From Sminthopsis crassicaudata (Eukaryota), in the NCBI RefSeq assembly GCF_048593235.1, contig NC_133618.1:29112478-29176477 (forward strand): a DNA stretch of 64,000 bases, written 5' to 3'. A model generated the notes under the pieces. It ran no database searches and was not told where the DNA came from. It was given only the letters and a program-made list of their open reading frames with translations. Below are positions 62,641-64,000 of this stretch, one piece after another; the first letter of the stretch is position 1, and each line of letters opens with the position of its first letter. The position numbers and the translations under genes are program-made.

Positions 62641-64000
62641 CCTCCCTAAACCAATCACACAACAATAAATACAGACCAAAGGCAATCTTCTGATGTCTCA
62701 GGAGGGCTGTGAGGGGAGAGTTCAGTGTCACACCCAACAATCTTTCCCCCCCAGTGACCAGACCAGGCTCCACAGGGACCAAATGCAGGACTGGATCGGA
62801 GCTGGGATGGTACTTGAATGATCCTGCTTCAGTCTGGGGGCCCTGGAACATCTCAGGGGCTGGCTCTCCGAGTCTGGGCAGGGTCGGGTCTTTCCCATAT
62901 CCAAGCCAAGTCCTGAAGTCTCAGCGGTAACCGGGAACGTGCTATCTCACTGGGGCCTCCAAAATGTTGTACCCAGAACAACAGTGAGTGAGACCCATCA
63001 AATTTCAAGTGGACTTTATTTGCCAGTGGCTGCAAGGGGCGTAGTGAGACCCAAATCAAGCAGCCCCCAACAGCGGGAGCCAAGGGTTTATAAAGGCTAA
63101 ATCCACAAGCTAGAGGGTCGTTAATTGTGTGAGCATGAAGATGCAGAAGCAGAAATGAGCAGTTTCTTAGGTCTTTTGGTCACTTGGGATGACCAGTGAT
63201 TTCCAACTTTCCTTTCTCCTGCCTCCCTAGTTCTCCCAATGATCCAAAACAATTCCTTCCAGCCTTGCAATGTTTCCTGGGACTCAGACTCCCTTCTGAA
63301 AGCAGAGCCGCTAGCCAAGAATTTCCTTCCCATCACAACCCCAGAATCCAAATCATTCACTGAAACAGAAAGGAGTAGAGAGGGTCCTCCCTGCCATGGC
63401 TTTGCTATCCAGTTTCAAGGACCTTTATGTTCGTCTCCAAGACAGAGCTAGGAAAATATACTTCTTTCTCCACAAGGTCCAATCCCTGAACTTTCAGAAC
63501 TGAGGAGCCTCTAAAGACAATCCCTAAAGATGGCTGTTACAGAAGGCTTCCATTTTTAGATTCTGAGATTTTTTTCTGATACAGGAATCCCCTCATTAAA
63601 GGAACATTATCCTTCAACACCTCTCCACAGCCAATCGGGCAAGCCCAAGTCCCTTTCTGCTGTGTTTATCGAGAGGGTCTTGGCCCATGTAATTTCTTGT
63701 AAAAGTCTATTATTGATGATGCTCATCTCAAGTTAAGGGGTGAGAAAGCTGTGGATGAGCACATGGAATAACATCCAGGAACTTCCACCCGAACCAGACA
63801 TCAGTAGTTCCTGAAAGCAGGAAACTTCATGCACAAGCTTAGCTTCCCTCATAATAGGACCCAGGTCTGCTGTGTATTGTCCTTCGGTTTTTGAACAGGG
63901 AGAGGGAAAGAAAAAACTTTTAAAACAGCCTGAGAGCACCTTTCACAGGCAGACAGAGAGACACGCCCCCTGTGATGAGAGTCCATTCTCCCTAGAGCCC
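62641..64000 (-). mobile_element. ERV1-like 5' LTR, tRNA-Thr primer-binding site and leader
   Basis: Minus strand: TATAAA 63092-63087, AATAAA 63020-63015, LTR end CA at 62966-62965, TTT, then PBS TGGAGGCCCCAGTGAGAT 62961-62944 (complementary to a tRNA-Thr 3' end as recalled). The LTR 5' boundary was not located. Confidence 0.75.

Noticed and set aside
1-64000. CRISPR arrays, rRNA or prokaryotic systems
   Set aside because: The sequence is mammalian (introns, L1, SINE, ERV); no short regularly spaced repeats or rRNA motifs were seen.

Overview
Eukaryotic genomic DNA from a marsupial, probably an Australian dasyurid (inferred from WSINE1-like SINEs and the L1 3' ends). The ORF track misses the main content because the genes are spliced. 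Joining exons by hand on the minus strand shows a head-to-tail array of seven genes for REG-family (regenerating islet-derived / lithostathine / PAP) secreted C-type lectins, about 9 kb apart. Each has a TATA box, a short non-coding exon 1 and five coding exons (79+119+138+112+68 nt). All splice sites are GT-AG and all seven ORFs are intact, giving a 171-aa preproprotein. Copy 2: MTLPAMMSPRVSGLLLACLLLPCLTQG-QKEAPAPPSAR-SSCPQGFGFHGSHCYGVLGPQETWNTAE-LLCQGYPSGHLGSLLNEAEAAFVATMIMENGVGQSPVWIGLHDPNK-NRRWKWSSNALYLYQAWETGFPAKSNPNHCVSLTPESG-FQRWKDEPCQKKNLYLCKFRA. The protein combines a REG3-like signal peptide and prosegment with a REG1-like lectin domain that lacks the EPN loop insertion. About 6.5-51.5 kb is a young, near-identical ~9-kb tandem duplication; copies 1, 6 and 7 and their flanks are mosaic with older, diverged paralogs. 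Promoters carry a conserved PTF1-type E-box+RBPJ site and STAT (GAS) motifs. Transposon insertions have altered individual copies: an L1/SINE insert giving copies 2-6 a new polyA signal, a foldback LTR upstream of copy 3, an ORF2-deleted L1 with a probable 3' transduction upstream of copy 6, and a tRNA-Thr-primed ERV upstream of copy 7. No database searches were possible; reference protein comparisons are from memory.
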